Assembly (NCBI GenBank): GCA_001687465.1
Contig: LVLI01000284.1
Span: 1-60,614, forward strand
DNA: 60,614 nucleotides
DNA from: Halocafeteria seosinensis
Taxonomy: Eukaryota
Direction of reading: 5' to 3'
Below are positions 47,275 to 59,899 of the stretch, in pieces. The notes under the pieces were generated by a model. The model was not told where the DNA came from, did no database searches, and saw nothing but the letters and a program-made list of their open reading frames with translations. A program made the translations under genes and the position numbers. Every line of letters starts with the position of its first letter. Positions within the stretch are counted from its first letter, which is position 1.

Positions 47275-48889
47275 CTTTGCAAGCTGGTCTATTAATAGCA
47301 CACAACAAAGGAAGCGTGCGCAGAGTCGTGCTTACACTTACTTTACTATCGCTATGCGATTCGAAACACAAATCAAGCGAAGACTAGCGATTTCATCATT
47401 GAATCTCCCACCGGTGGACACACATACGGACGAAGTCTGGTACGTTAACCACTGATGCAATGGTAACATCACACACCACGGATACGCTTAACGCATTGAT
47501 TTCCATGTACAATTGACGTTTTTGAAAGAGTTGTACTGGTACATGATACACTGTAGGCCGTGGCCGTCTACTGTAGTCTCGGTAACGGATCGATCCGATC
47601 CTTTTTGTCAGGTGTATCTTCGACTGCGCCTAATGCAGAGGAGCAATTGGAGGATGTTGCGCAAGTGGTTGCATTGAGTACCGCCCAATACAGTGTATGA
47701 GGAGAGGCCTAGCCTCGGCCAACGGGCACTTACTATTATTGAAGTTGAATACTGTACACACCAAAAGAATTTCCCGCAACTTGGCAACTATGCAAGTGTA
47801 TTATACTACCATAAAAACAATGTTTGTGACCTGTACATTACAGCGAAGAAGTGTGTGTAAACAAGATATTCTTCCGAAGCACCGGTAAAGTAGGCATCGG
47901 GCAGCTACGTCTTCCAGTAGGAGCAATATCTATACGGTATACCAAACACGTACGGTATATCCGGCAGCTAGAGCAAGGAACAGTGCTTAAAGAAAAGCGT
48001 GGTTAGCGTGGGTGATGCATCGCCAAGCTAGTGGTAGTAACCATGGTACGACCCAGATCATCGTTGGTCAAGACGCTGATGTTGATGGGGGTTCTATCCG
48101 TTGCTTCCCGTTCTCGCTTGACATCTGGTTCTGATCCTAATCAAGAGCGACTATCAGTAGACTTTCCCAAACCCAGTGAGCAACGCACATATGTAGAACA
48201 CCCTGGTGGTTCATCTCATTGTGGCACTCTTGTGTATGGATTACCTACACCTCTGGCCTAGTAAGTCAACAAGGATGGAGGCTGGTCCGCTCTGCTCATC
48301 TTCACTCCATCCGGTTCGCAGCAAACGACAACGCGATCATATCCGACTTTTTCCCGTGCTAGTTGACTCGTTGTGGCGAAGAAACGAGGCCCACAATTTG
48401 GACCCTTGTGAATGCTGCATACTACCTACGGCGATACCAAAGGACTGCTCAATGGCCACTGTTGTGAAAGATACAGTGAGAGAACGCACGATAGTAAATG
48501 ATGTGGATTCACTCCATCATGGTCGACAGATCTGCGGGAAGTTCCCTAACTTCGCGGACCACATGCTGCTACTTGGATTCCATGACTCGGCGTTCCCCAC
48601 GGAGAAATTACTGCTTGTTGTATGCAGCTTGCTCATTGCATCATTCCAGGTGCTACCTGGGAGAGGGAAGGGTCCGAAGGATAAGAGCTTGATAAATCTT
48701 TTTGTCCATTCCTCGCCAGTTCCTGGTAAGTCTCTGGAAAGGACTCTCTGTTCTTCTCTGCTGCAACGTAAGACCCACTTTCGGACACTGATCTCGCCAG
48801 TACCGAATACGGAAACGACGAGGTTGGAATATCCTCCACCATCTTACGCTTCGCGAACTACAGCACTTACTGCGTCTTTAAGCAAGTCT

Positions 48890-50548
48890 ATGTTAACACC
48901 ATTGTTTTTCAGTTTCATCCTCTCAAGCAAGGCGACGGTGACGGCAACGGCAACAGACTTACGCCTCTCAATTCTGAATGGAACGGAATCCTGCTTTCAC
49001 TATAATTGGGAGCAAAACCAGTTCGAAATGAATTGTAGTGTGTTGACATGGGGTGATCAGGGTTATGCAAGCAACGACTACATTTCGTTAGGTGCGAATG
49101 AAATCTTCGATGGTGGTCGGCAGAATGGTCACGTAATAGATTTCAGTGGGATAACAGATTTCGATGGCTTGTTCAAGATAATGGACAGTGTTACCTCGTT
49201 TGAACAAGCTCCCATGATTCGGAATCTGGATGTCAGGAATGGTTCAACTGCATCCCTAGGTGGCTTCATTGTCCAACACAAGCAGAAATTCTTTATCATA
49301 GATTCATGTAGCTCATCAGGAGATATTGCTCATCGGGGTGGTGGTATATGCGGCTTTCAAAGTGGTCATGATAACGGTCAAATCCAGATATCGAATTCGT
49401 ATTCGACAGGCAGGATACTGGGCGAATGGGCAGGTGGTGTTGCAGGAAGCCAAGTAGGATACAATCATGGAATTGTCAATATCACGAACTGTTATTCCAC
49501 TGGAAATATTGATGGTTCGAATGCGGGTGGTATTTGTGGGGATGCTGCTGGCTATACGAATGGTCAAGTGTATATAACTCGTTCCTATTCCACGGGACAT
49601 ATCACTCTAAGTGCTGACCACAGTGGTGGTATAGTGGGTGATGCTGCTGGTCATACCAATGGATTCGTTTATATCGAGGAATGTTATAGTACGGGACAAA
49701 TATCTGCACAATATAGTGGAGGCATTAGTGGATCACATACAGGACACAACGAGGGTGAGGTACATATTATAGACTGTTATGCACGAGGAAATGTCAGTGG
49801 CACAGAAGCAGGGGGGATCACAGGATGGCGGACAGGGGGTGATCCAGTTAGTATGAGCTCGGGCGCTACAGGAAATGTACGCATCACAAATACATATGCA
49901 TCAGGTGCAGTCACTGGTACGGATGCTGGTGGGATTATAGGGACTATCTACGGTACCGCAACTGGTACAATCGCAGTGGAATATTCGGTTTACGATGGCA
50001 ATGGAGGGGCAGTGTCGATTGTCGGAGTGGATGATGGCGGCAATCTTGCACAGACAGGAAATTCAGATAATTTGACAGACATACAGGGAAAACTGTATCA
50101 ACAGGGGGGATGGTCCGAGGACGTGTGGACCATAGATGGACTGCCGATTCTACGCCATAACCTACCACCTTCTTCCAGCGCATCACCCACGCCAACCTCA
50201 TCCGTTACGCGTACAAGATCGGCGACGCCGTCAAGGAGCTCCACACCCTCTGTCAGTGCATCGCAGAGCCAAACGAGGACCCCATCAGCAACCGCTACTT
50301 CCATACCGACTTCGACGTTCACCGAACCGCCGAACCAAAGTGCCACCACGGTTATGCCGACGTCCGCTGGGTCAGCCTCATCTTCTAGTTCTCCGACAAT
50401 GACAGGAACTTTCTCTTCGAGCTCAACTCCACCTTCCAGCTCCATGCTCACACCTTCCAAAACAAGCAGCGCTTCGGCCACGGCAAAACTAGCTCTCAAG
50501 ATTATTGCGCTACCTGTTCAAAGACCCAAACGCATGTCAAATGGTTGA
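48890..50548 (+). CDS. Secreted GLUG-motif repeat protein (paralog 4) with Ser/Thr stalk
   Basis: Likely start MLTPLFFSFIL.. then ATDLRLSILNG; CYSTG..GGI repeats; WSEDVW..LPILR; S/T-rich tail; intronless; closest to paralog 3. Confidence 0.85.
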   Translation: MLTPLFFSFILSSKATVTATATDLRLSILNGTESCFHYNWEQNQFEMNCSVLTWGDQGYASNDYISLGANEIFDGGRQNGHVIDFSGITDFDGLFKIMDSVTSFEQAPMIRNLDVRNGSTASLGGFIVQHKQKFFIIDSCSSSGDIAHRGGGICGFQSGHDNGQIQISNSYSTGRILGEWAGGVAGSQVGYNHGIVNITNCYSTGNIDGSNAGGICGDAAGYTNGQVYITRSYSTGHITLSADHSGGIVGDAAGHTNGFVYIEECYSTGQISAQYSGGISGSHTGHNEGEVHIIDCYARGNVSGTEAGGITGWRTGGDPVSMSSGATGNVRITNTYASGAVTGTDAGGIIGTIYGTATGTIAVEYSVYDGNGGAVSIVGVDDGGNLAQTGNSDNLTDIQGKLYQQGGWSEDVWTIDGLPILRHNLPPSSSASPTPTSSVTRTRSATPSRSSTPSVSASQSQTRTPSATATSIPTSTFTEPPNQSATTVMPTSAGSASSSSSPTMTGTFSSSSTPPSSSMLTPSKTSSASATAKLALKIIALPVQRPKRMSNG

Positions 50549-52053
50549 GACATTAAAACATAATTGTCGTTGTTTCGTGTTGACTTTGCGGCCGACATGT
50601 CACTACCGAAAATGTTCCTTATCCCGCACTGTCTCCGTCGGACGCTACCAGACAAGGAGGCTTTTCAATCGCGAAACAAGATCAGAACAGAGAACCGTAT
50701 ATGTGTGTTTCCCAATATAGCGCTATTTTAGCAATTTACGCGATCATCAAACTAGATGCTGAATACTTACCGCTAGGTGAGGGAATGATCGTTCCCTCGT
50801 TGTAAACAGTAGCGTGTGTGTGAATACATCTGGGTATTTTAAAATGGCCGTATTGAAAGAGGAGTCAGGGCTTTCTCTGGTATGTTGAGGACTCTAAGAG
50901 GTCTGAATGCGAAACGGTTCGGGCAAATGCTCACATTATCCAAAACGATTTCCAGTCAGTGAATGTTGGCTTCACCAATCGAAGGGTACAGGGAATGAGC
51001 TGAAAGAACTATTCGAAACATTTCCTTCTATAAGAGAGGAAGATTATGAGCGGACGGTGATACTGTATCTGTTGTCAAACAAGTTTGTCGGATGCGGCTT
51101 GCTCTTTTGAGCAGCGATCTTGCAGGACTAGGATCTGTGGGGATCCAAAGCAAGGTAGAAACTGTGGCTCGTTCGCGGAGGCCGCCAGTATCACGGATCT
51201 TAATCTGCAGTCTCTGAAGATGGGTCCACGAAGTAGAGTCCTCGCTGGACTTCCTGTATTTGGCGTGAACGCCCAGCTGTAGCGGTACAACCGAACCAGG
51301 ACCAAGTGTTGCCGTCGTGGACTGGCATTCGAGCAGAAAACGCTTGAAGCGGCTGTATGACAGTACAATGTATACTCGACCCTATTCTACGAATGATATT
51401 TTATTCTCACGGATGGAGCACTCCTCCACAAAATGTCGGAGTAATCGATATGGCTCATGGGCTTCACAACCAGTGCTTCCGCTCTGCAGTCACCGGCAGT
51501 CCATGTCCGAGGTCCAAAGATAACAACGGGCTCGTAGTTAACTTAAGTCGTCGACGACTCGTCGTGACCAGCAACTTTGTGATACTATGTTGTTGAGCAG
51601 TGCTCCCTTGACTGCATGAGAACAATGTACAATAGCAAGAATAACCCGAGTGTTGGTGTTTGAATGAGTGGCATCTGCTCATTGTAATCAGTGCCATCAT
51701 AGGACATATGAACTGTATAACGCTCAAAATTTGGTTTGCTCTATCTTTCTACTATGGTTATTCACTGTGGAGTCTCCAATTCCCATGCCGCAGCGAGTAA
51801 CTTCTTCAAATCCAGGTCGGCGCCCGCCATCTACAACGAGCGACGCGCGCGAGCGCCACTTTTTTCAAATGGCCACGTCCTTCCAATGCCCCCATACACC
51901 ACACAAGATGTTTCTGTCAGGGTTGTCAGTGTTGTATGCACTTCTTCAAGGCGAACAAAATAGCCTTAACTTACTCTTGTGCTCTGCGTTGTCATCGCAC
52001 ACCGCGTATATTAATAGTTCAGTGGATCACACTTTTTGTGAATTTGAATCAGA

Positions 52054-55000
52054 ATGGTAAGGATGTGCCCTTTGCCCTTGATTTCCCCTAGAGCACCATT
52101 TTTGTAGTTTTCTCCTCGTTCAAAAAGGACAAAAAGCCAGACTTTTTGATACATTGTCTCCCTGCTTGCGTGAATGCAGTCATCTCCCGACAGAAGTAAC
52201 GCCTCATCTTCTTCGGAAGGTAGAGACGCACCGAACCGGAGGAGAATCCGACGCCGTGGAGATCCCAATGAACCTCCAGCAACTCGACGAACTCGACGCG
52301 GGACGGCTGGAACCCAACAAGACGACCAAAATGCCGAAGAGGCTGCCCCTGCTACCACCAGAGGCTCTCAGGCCGCCGCAGCGGCCAGAGATGATACCGG
52401 TGATGACGCTACCAGCACGGGCACCCGCGAACGTGATGAATCACGCTTGACGAGCGAGCGCCAAAGTATCCAAGATGAGGAAGATGACGAAGGGGAAGGA
52501 GAAGAACTTATCGGCGAGGATATGTAGTACGTATTCAACTCAAAAAAACTTTTTCCCCTGTTCTTGTAGACGTATTCACTCATGGCGTTTGTCTGGTGGT
52601 GGCAATGCAGTCGTGACTATGAACGACGCGAACTGTTGGACACATACGATGAAAACCTCTTGGATGACCGCCAACAGAGACAGCTCACCATGGAAGAGCG
52701 AAAGGCCGCTGAGGCAGATATGCAAGACCGTGACCGCCGATCAGGAAAGCGACGAGTACCAATGGCCTTCGATGAAAGCTCTGAGGGTACGTCGCTGCTT
52801 TAGCACCTCCGCCGATTGCTTGGCTTGTTTACCTAGATTTGGATTGTTCTGCTTCAGGTTCTGGTTTGGGTGAAACTCGACAAGAAAGAACAAAAAGAAT
52901 GCGTCGAATGGAACAAGCTACCTTGTCTGAACTAGATATGCAACACGTACGTGTGATACAATCACTAGTTTTCCCCGGGTCAGCATCGTAACGCTTAACC
53001 ATTGTTTGAATTCCAGGATCAATACGAAGAATTCAATCTTGAGCACTTTGAAGGACCTGTCCGAGAATGGATTGCTCAGGAGCAGACTCAACAAGAAATC
53101 AAGAGAAGATTCGTAAGCTCTCGATTAAGAAAGTCGTCTACCCCCCAGTGCTTCGTCACATATCTGTTCCATTTATGGTTCTGCAGAAAGAGTTTCTGAA
53201 CACGTTCAGGGATAACTCTGGTCACTTTGTGTACTCTGCTCTGATTGACCGAATGTGCTCAGAGAACAGACAGTCTCTGGAAGTCTCATACATGCATATC
53301 TCCCAGGAGCAAGCAACACTGGCAATCTGGCTCGCCGATGTGCCAAAGCCAATGCTCAAAATTTTCGATGAAGTAGCCAAGGAGGTCGTCCTGGAAAAAT
53401 TCCCGGATTATTCTGCTATGCACGATGAAATCCATGTGCGCATTACGGATTTACCTATTGTGGATTCATTGAGAGACCTTCGCCATGTCCATCTTAATGT
53501 CTTGGTAAAGGTTGCAGGAGTAGTGACACGCCGAACTGGCGTATTCCCACAGCTCCGCGTGGCACGCTACACTTGTCTCAAGTGTGGATCCGTCAGTCAG
53601 CCTTATGTGCAGAATAACGAGACTGAGATAAAAGCAGGATCTTGTATTGTGTGTCAATCTCCTGGTCCATTTTCTTTGAACTCGGAACAGACGGTGTACA
53701 GAAACTACCAGAAAATCACGCTACAAGAATCTCCAGGAAGTGTCTCTGCCGGTCGGGTTCCTCGTTACAAAGACGTCATCCTTCTAGCTGATTTGATTGA
53801 TGCGGCTCGTCCAGGTGAAGAAATTGAAGTCACTGGTATCTTAACACATACATTTGATGCCAGCCTTAATACCAAACAAGGTTTCCCGGTATTTTCTACT
53901 GTACTGGAAGCTAATTTTGTCGAAAAGAAACAGGATGTAATGGCCAGTCATCATCTCACTCAGGAAGACATTGAGCAAATCGAAGCCCTCTCACGAGAGC
54001 CAGGTATTGGTGATCGGCTGGTAAAGTCTTTAGCACCGTCCATTTATGGCCATGAGCACATCAAGCGCGCTGTATCAATGTCGATCTTCGGTGGAGTCGA
54101 AAAGAATCTGAATAACAAGCATCGAATTCGTGGCGACATCAATGTTTTGCTCATGGGCGACCCCGGTACCGCCAAATCGCAAGTGCTGAAATACGTGGAA
54201 AAGACCGCCCCACGTGCCGTGTACACAACCGGAAAAGGTGCTTCCGCAGTAGGTCTCACAGCCGCTGTTCATCGTGATACGCTGACTGGCGAATGGACAC
54301 TCGAAGGTGGTGCTCTCGTGTTGGCTGACCGAGGCACTTGTCTAATTGATGAATTCGATAAAATGAACGATCAAGACCGAACATCGATTCACGAAGCCAT
54401 GGAGCAGCAGAGTATTTCCATCTCGAAGGCCGGTATTGTCACGACTCTCCAGGCACGTTGTGGTGTAATAGCGGCAGCAAACCCGGTGGGAGGTCGATAT
54501 GACCCGAGCAAGACATTCGCTGAGAACGTTCATTTGACGGATCCGATCCTACAACGTTTTGATGTCTTGTGTGTCCTTCAGGATCAGGTAGACCCTGTGG
54601 GCGATGAAAAGCTGGCTAATTTTGTCATCCAGTCTCATCAACGAAGCCATCCAGGTGAAGCGAATGCACGCGATGAACACAATGAACCAACAAATCGATA
54701 CGAGTTTGAAGATGGAACGGTACCTATTCCTCAGAACCTGTTGAAGAAATATATTATATACGCCCGCAACCACAGGAAACCGCAGTTCACGAATGTCAAT
54801 ATGGATAAGATTTCAAAACTGTATTGGGAACTCCGGAAAGAGAGCGAGATATCCAATGGTATCCCCATTGCTGTTCGACACATTGAGAGTATCGTCCGGA
54901 TGGCGGAAGCCAACGCTCGTATGCACTTACGTCCAATTGTGACCGAGGAGGATGTGAACATCGCCCTTCGTGTAATGCTCGAGAGCTTTATTCAAGCCCA

Positions 55001-55406
55001 GAAATACGCAGTTATGAGGAACTTGAGATCTCGCTTCAGTTCTTATCTGGAATACAAAAAGGACCAGAACCAGTTGCTCTTATTCAAGCTACGTGAAATC
55101 ACACGGGAAGCTCAAAGTGCCGCGTCGGTGTCCTTGTCTCGTCGAGCCAGAGAGATGGTAGCCGGAGATGAACAAGATGACTATGACGCTCCTGCCTTGG
55201 GTACTGTTAAAGTACGTGATGGTGTAACTTGGCGAGAAGGTAGTCAAGGTCCGCCTACTGTGACCATCAAACTCGATGCATTGCGCGAGAAGGCTAAACG
55301 CCACGGAATCACAGAAGTGTCGAGGACCTTTTTGGATAGTGAAGATTTGAAGCGAAGTGGGTACACTTATGACCGCAAACGCCAGGAATTCGTGAAAGAA
55401 TTCTAA
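52054..55406 (+). CDS. MCM2: DNA replication licensing factor MCM2; the first coding exon appears to be ATG only
   Basis: RDYERRELLDTYD, zinc finger CxxC..CxxC, GDPGTAKSQ, IDEFDKM, PIAVRHIES; ATG|gtaagg at 52054-56 spliced to TCA at 52180. Confidence 0.97.
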
Positions 55407-55797
55407 TCAGTAGTACATTCCTGATCCCAAATTGTTCTAGAACTTTACTTTTGCATGGAAGCAGTCAAGCCTTCGGTCCCACTGCCACACACTTTTTTTG
55501 AAATTAATATTCATGGACAAAACTAGAGCCATAGATCTAGCCAGATCTGCAGTAGGTGTCCGTTCGTCGTCCATCCTATCAAACTTACTTCCTCGTGGTG
55601 AATTAACTTCTTTTGCACAAAGATACCACCTCGGCAAAACTTCAAAAGTTTCCACTTCGTCCCAGCAGTCAGTCGACCATATTAGCCTTGGCTTGACATT
55701 CTCAAGTCAGTTAGACTTACTTCTTTTTGCTAGTGCATCAAGGAATGCGTGCTTGTGTGAATGTATGCATGTGAGGGGTGAGTGAATAGAACGAAGA

Positions 55798-57860
55798 ATG
55801 ACTTCCTCCAAGATTGCGCAGCGCATCACACGATCTTTGCCAAGGCGTTCTGTCCCTATTATTCCTCTTTCCACCTCGGAAGCCTCTCCCATTGTGTGCG
55901 CAAATACTACTAGAAATAGCTATGGTTCATGGAATAGCCGGCAACAGGACGTAGAATGGAGAAAGACTGTGTTTTGGGCAGCTGCCGCCACCGCCGCAGC
56001 TACGGCTGGAAGTGCTTCTTTTCTAAGCTATACAGAGAGTCCCCCCGAAGAGAACAAGTCCCCGCAAGAGTCTGAGTCGATAGGGCATTCTCCAGACCAC
56101 AAGGTAACCCCACGGGCGAGACTGAACGACTGGATTACGGCCTTGTCCAAAGGACATAAAGGAGGGGACATGTTTGAAGCCTTGTCAGGCATTGAGACAG
56201 CAGGAGACCAGGAATCGCAGCGGAAAGGTGATCCTATATATGGCCCCATGGTAATTCTTTCCGGGTCTTCGACCCCTAGATTGGCGGAAGAAATAGGTAT
56301 GTTCTGTACGAAATAAACAGTTATACATGCAGTATGACATGTGTCATCGTTGCAGCAACCCATTTGAAAATGAAACCGGGTAATTTGGAAGTGAAGCGAT
56401 TCCGAGACGGCGAAATCGACGTCAAGTTGCATGATAATGTCAGAGGATGTGACTGTTTCGTTATTCAGTCCACGTGCAAACCCGTGAATGAAAGCCTTAT
56501 GGAATTGTTGTTGATCGTCAGTAGCCTCCGACGAGCTTCGGCGTCGCGCATTACAGCTGTGATCCCTTATTATGGCTACAAGAGAGATATAGGACGCCCG
56601 CACGGTTGGAGTTTCGGACAACATACCCAAGCGCAAGTAAGTTCGTTTACCTTCCAATTCCACCAAGAGAATAGCTTTAAAAAAATGTCTATTGCTGTGT
56701 TTCTGTACAGCTTGAGGAGGCAGTGACTAAAAAGGCGCCAATGGATCAATTGCGAGCGCCGCTATTTGCTGCAGATGTAAGGAGCGTACTGACTTTGCTA
56801 AATAAATGAAATAATAGTGGAATATTTTAAGCTCTTTGCAGGTGGCACTGATGCTAGAGACACTTGGTGTGGATCGTATTGTTTCAGTGGATTTGCAGCC
56901 GCCTGGACACGGTCAAATTGAAGGTTTCTTCAGTTCGCGGGTCCCGGTGGATAATCTTCGCAGCACCATTATAGCTGTGAATCATTTTGTGATGAAGAAA
57001 TTACATAAGCCTGTCATCGTGGCCACCAACGAAAACTGTATTGAACTTGCCCAAGACTTTCGTGTAAGTAATCCGTCCTGCTATAAATAAAGGAATAAGA
57101 TATGCATGCTGCATTTTCTGATTCTCCAGAGCGCTCTTTCTTACTTGAAGGGCGGAGAGTACATATCCTTTGCTGCTGCGATAGAGAAAGGAGAAGAAAG
57201 GCGTCCAGGAGTTGCAAGTAGCAAAGCGGAGCTCGACCGCGACCCAACAGGGATTGACATAGTGGGAGATGTTAAAGTACGTCGAACTGTGTTTAGTTAC
57301 ACACATACTACACCAAAACATCCCTTGTTGGATGGGACAGGATAGAGATGTTATTATCGTTGATGATCTTGTGGATACAAGCGGCACTCTTTATTCTCGT
57401 GTAAATTTGCTTAAGGAGCGAGGAGCGCGGAAGTGAGTAGAATGTGTATAAGTCGATCCTTGCCGATTCTCGTGAAATGAAATTGCATTTCAATCTTTGC
57501 TACTTCCAGTATCTACTGTTTCTGTGTACATGGACTCCTAAACGGGGAAGCCGTGAATAGAATTGCGACAATGCCATTAACTGAAATCGCGCTAACAAAC
57601 ACAGGTATGTGTGGTAACTAATAAATGGAACTCTATCTTACACGCAAACTTGATTGTATGCTTTGAGTGCAGTTCCCTGGCAAGAAGATTCGCGTATCGT
57701 TCATGTTCATAAGTTTTCGGCGTTATCAGTGGCGCCGTTATTGGCTGAGGCTATACAGAGGCTGCATAATGGAGAAAGTTTGCAGCACCTTCGAATCGTC
57801 GATAGGACGAACGTGTCGAGGCGATATCGTGACCAATCCGAGGAAGACATATACCAATGA
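55798..57860 (+). CDS. PRPS-like protein with degenerate catalytic motifs (probable pseudoenzyme or regulatory subunit), about 8 exons
   Basis: [33 protein letters not shown] and VDDLVDTSGT retained; ARQDR changed to KRDIG plus an insertion, DLH to DLQ, SPDAGG to ATNENC. Confidence 0.85.
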
Positions 57861-58116
57861 AGTGCTCCTTGGTGCAAGGACGCACGATTCGCTATCCAGC
57901 CGCGGATGCTGGTGGAATGTCGAATGATAGCACCGTGCAAGACAGGCGGCGTAGATTCGTGCTATTGTTAGTGCGATGTCTGCGATTAAGCAGCTTCAGC
58001 TGTAGCATGCCCATACTGCAGTGGACGTATACGTCCTTAAATGTATATTATTTCATCAACCTAAGGTTGGAGATATGTGTCTCGGTGACATCAGCCCAGC
58101 TGTCGCTCTGTATTGG

Positions 58117-59070
58117 TTATTGATCTCTATTCCTCGGGATGACGGCTCTCAGATGGCGAACCCATAAGTCCCGTTCCTGCAGTGAAGTGGGGACATAGAC
58201 AATGCATTGTATTCATTATTTTCATTGTTGTCCAGCTCTACTTACGGTGCTCGATGGAGTGAGAAAACTGTATGTTCGCTTTTCCCCACCAGTGAGTTCT
58301 TGTGCTGGTCTAGGATAATCTGATAAATCACATGTAGTGTGGATATCAAAGCGACAACCTGTGTTAGCAGAAATAGTCATAAATATTCGACATTTATGTT
58401 GTTAGTTTGATTTGATATGTACCTTTCCATTTCTGGGCCTCGTTGGGAACTACACTGATAATGTGATGTAGGGGAATGGAGCTGTGCTCGTTAAGTGGTA
58501 CCTTCCCAAAATTGGAGCGCACCATGTTCCCGTAGTATCGGATTTCTTGGCTATCATTATACAATACCGCATAGCGACGATTCCAATTTTTGAATCCTGG
58601 AATTCCGCGGTCAGCTTTCTTTTTCACCCAACCTGTGTGAGGAGAGCGTTAAGCACCACTTCCAACCCCCAACACCAGCCATTCATTCAAGTATGCACGA
58701 ACGACGAACCTTCAAATTGCACCGAATAGCGGACTGGTCTCGAAGGGTGGGGACGACTAGCCCTGCGATTGTGCCATGGTGTTCAATCATAATTTGTGTG
58801 CATAACAACGGTGGAGGCTGCTGCTGCGGCCCCTCGCGACGACAGAAACCACGCCACGTACTGTCTCAGTAATTTCTCCACCTGTTTCACCTTTTGCTCG
58901 TCTGTTTCTGTAGCAGCAGTGGTTGCCGGAGTCGATGGTACCGGCGTGTCATCTCCTGTGTATTGAGAACGGCCTTGTTGTTCGCTGCTGTCCTGTGGCT
59001 TCTTGAGTGCTGAGCGAACATCACCGCCACCACTGGCGGACTGGGACCGCGGAGAGCCAGAGGATGACAT
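58117..59070 (-). CDS. PH-domain protein, 5 exons
   Basis: FE|GWVKKK...NWNRRYAVL..IRYY..SIPL..I..V..FDI..TYSF..|ERDLWVRHL. Confidence 0.8.
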
Positions 59071-59429
59071 TGTTTCAATTAATAGCTCAATATGTTTTGA
59101 TATAAATCTCAAGTCATCGTGTGGCAAATCCACTACATCTCCTGCGCGTTAACTTCGTGTTTTTAACTTGCGACCGTGTGCGTCGCAGACTTCGCACGGT
59201 CACAGGCTGACTCACAGCCTGCCACTCAGTCAAAAATGAAGTGGTGTATGATACCGTGTATCCACAGTAGGTACTCCAGGCAGGCGGGGGGTGTCCTTCA
59301 TGTGGATGTTCTCGTCGGGATTATCTCCACTGATGTCGAGGGGGAAACAAAGCTACGGCACAAGTAAGCACACACACACAAATGTAAGCTGATTCACCAA
59401 TTAGGATGACCATCGAGAACCGGTACAGT

Positions 59430-59680
59430 ATGGACGAAAGAACATACGAAGGCATGTTGAGTAAGATCCGCGACGAATTCATCACACAATGGGCATATCT
59501 CCGGAATTTCCACCCTAGCTAACGGGAGTCCCAAACGCAGCCTCGCACCAATCCTCCATTGAAGATCAGAAAACTGCTTCTGCGAAGAGGTTGGCAACGC
59601 CCGCAGCCAATCTTGAGCTCCCGTTTCCTGAGCCGGCTTCCATCTAGCCTTTCCATCCTCATCCCCTTGGAAAGCTCCAT
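59430..59680 (-). mobile_element. Non-LTR retrotransposon (CRE-like) fragment: post-RT region with zinc knuckle
   Basis: KARW....TGAQDWLRALP...F....WRIGARLRLGLP...CPLC......HAFVC. Confidence 0.75.
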
Positions 59681-59899
59681 TTGAGCTCGCCCTTCATTAT
59701 TTGGTGGGTGAGCCACTCGCTAGGGGAGTATTTCTCTATAACCACATGAATATACAACATATAGGGAAAAAAAAACCTGAAAAGTCCGTAAGCTCCTCAA
59801 CTGTGTCGAGTGCGAGGAAGGGCAGCCAGCTCCGCTTCATTATTGGTTTTGTTTCCAATATGTTCACGGAGGTGAGGAGGAGTGGTTATTCAAACCTGG

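Noticed and set aside
48206..48889. 228-aa N-terminal extension of the 780-aa ORF
   Set aside because: Non-ATG start, no motif, and the paralogs begin at a signal peptide matching Met 48890; treated as a fortuitously open upstream frame
50763..50800. ATACTTACC followed by a GATC-loop hairpin, resembling U1 snRNA
   Set aside because: No ACCTG, no GAUCACGAAG loop, no AUUGCAC stem-loop II or Sm site; more likely a minus-strand splice donor or chance
50900..52000. ORF fragments upstream of MCM2
   Set aside because: No recognisable product or reliable splice model
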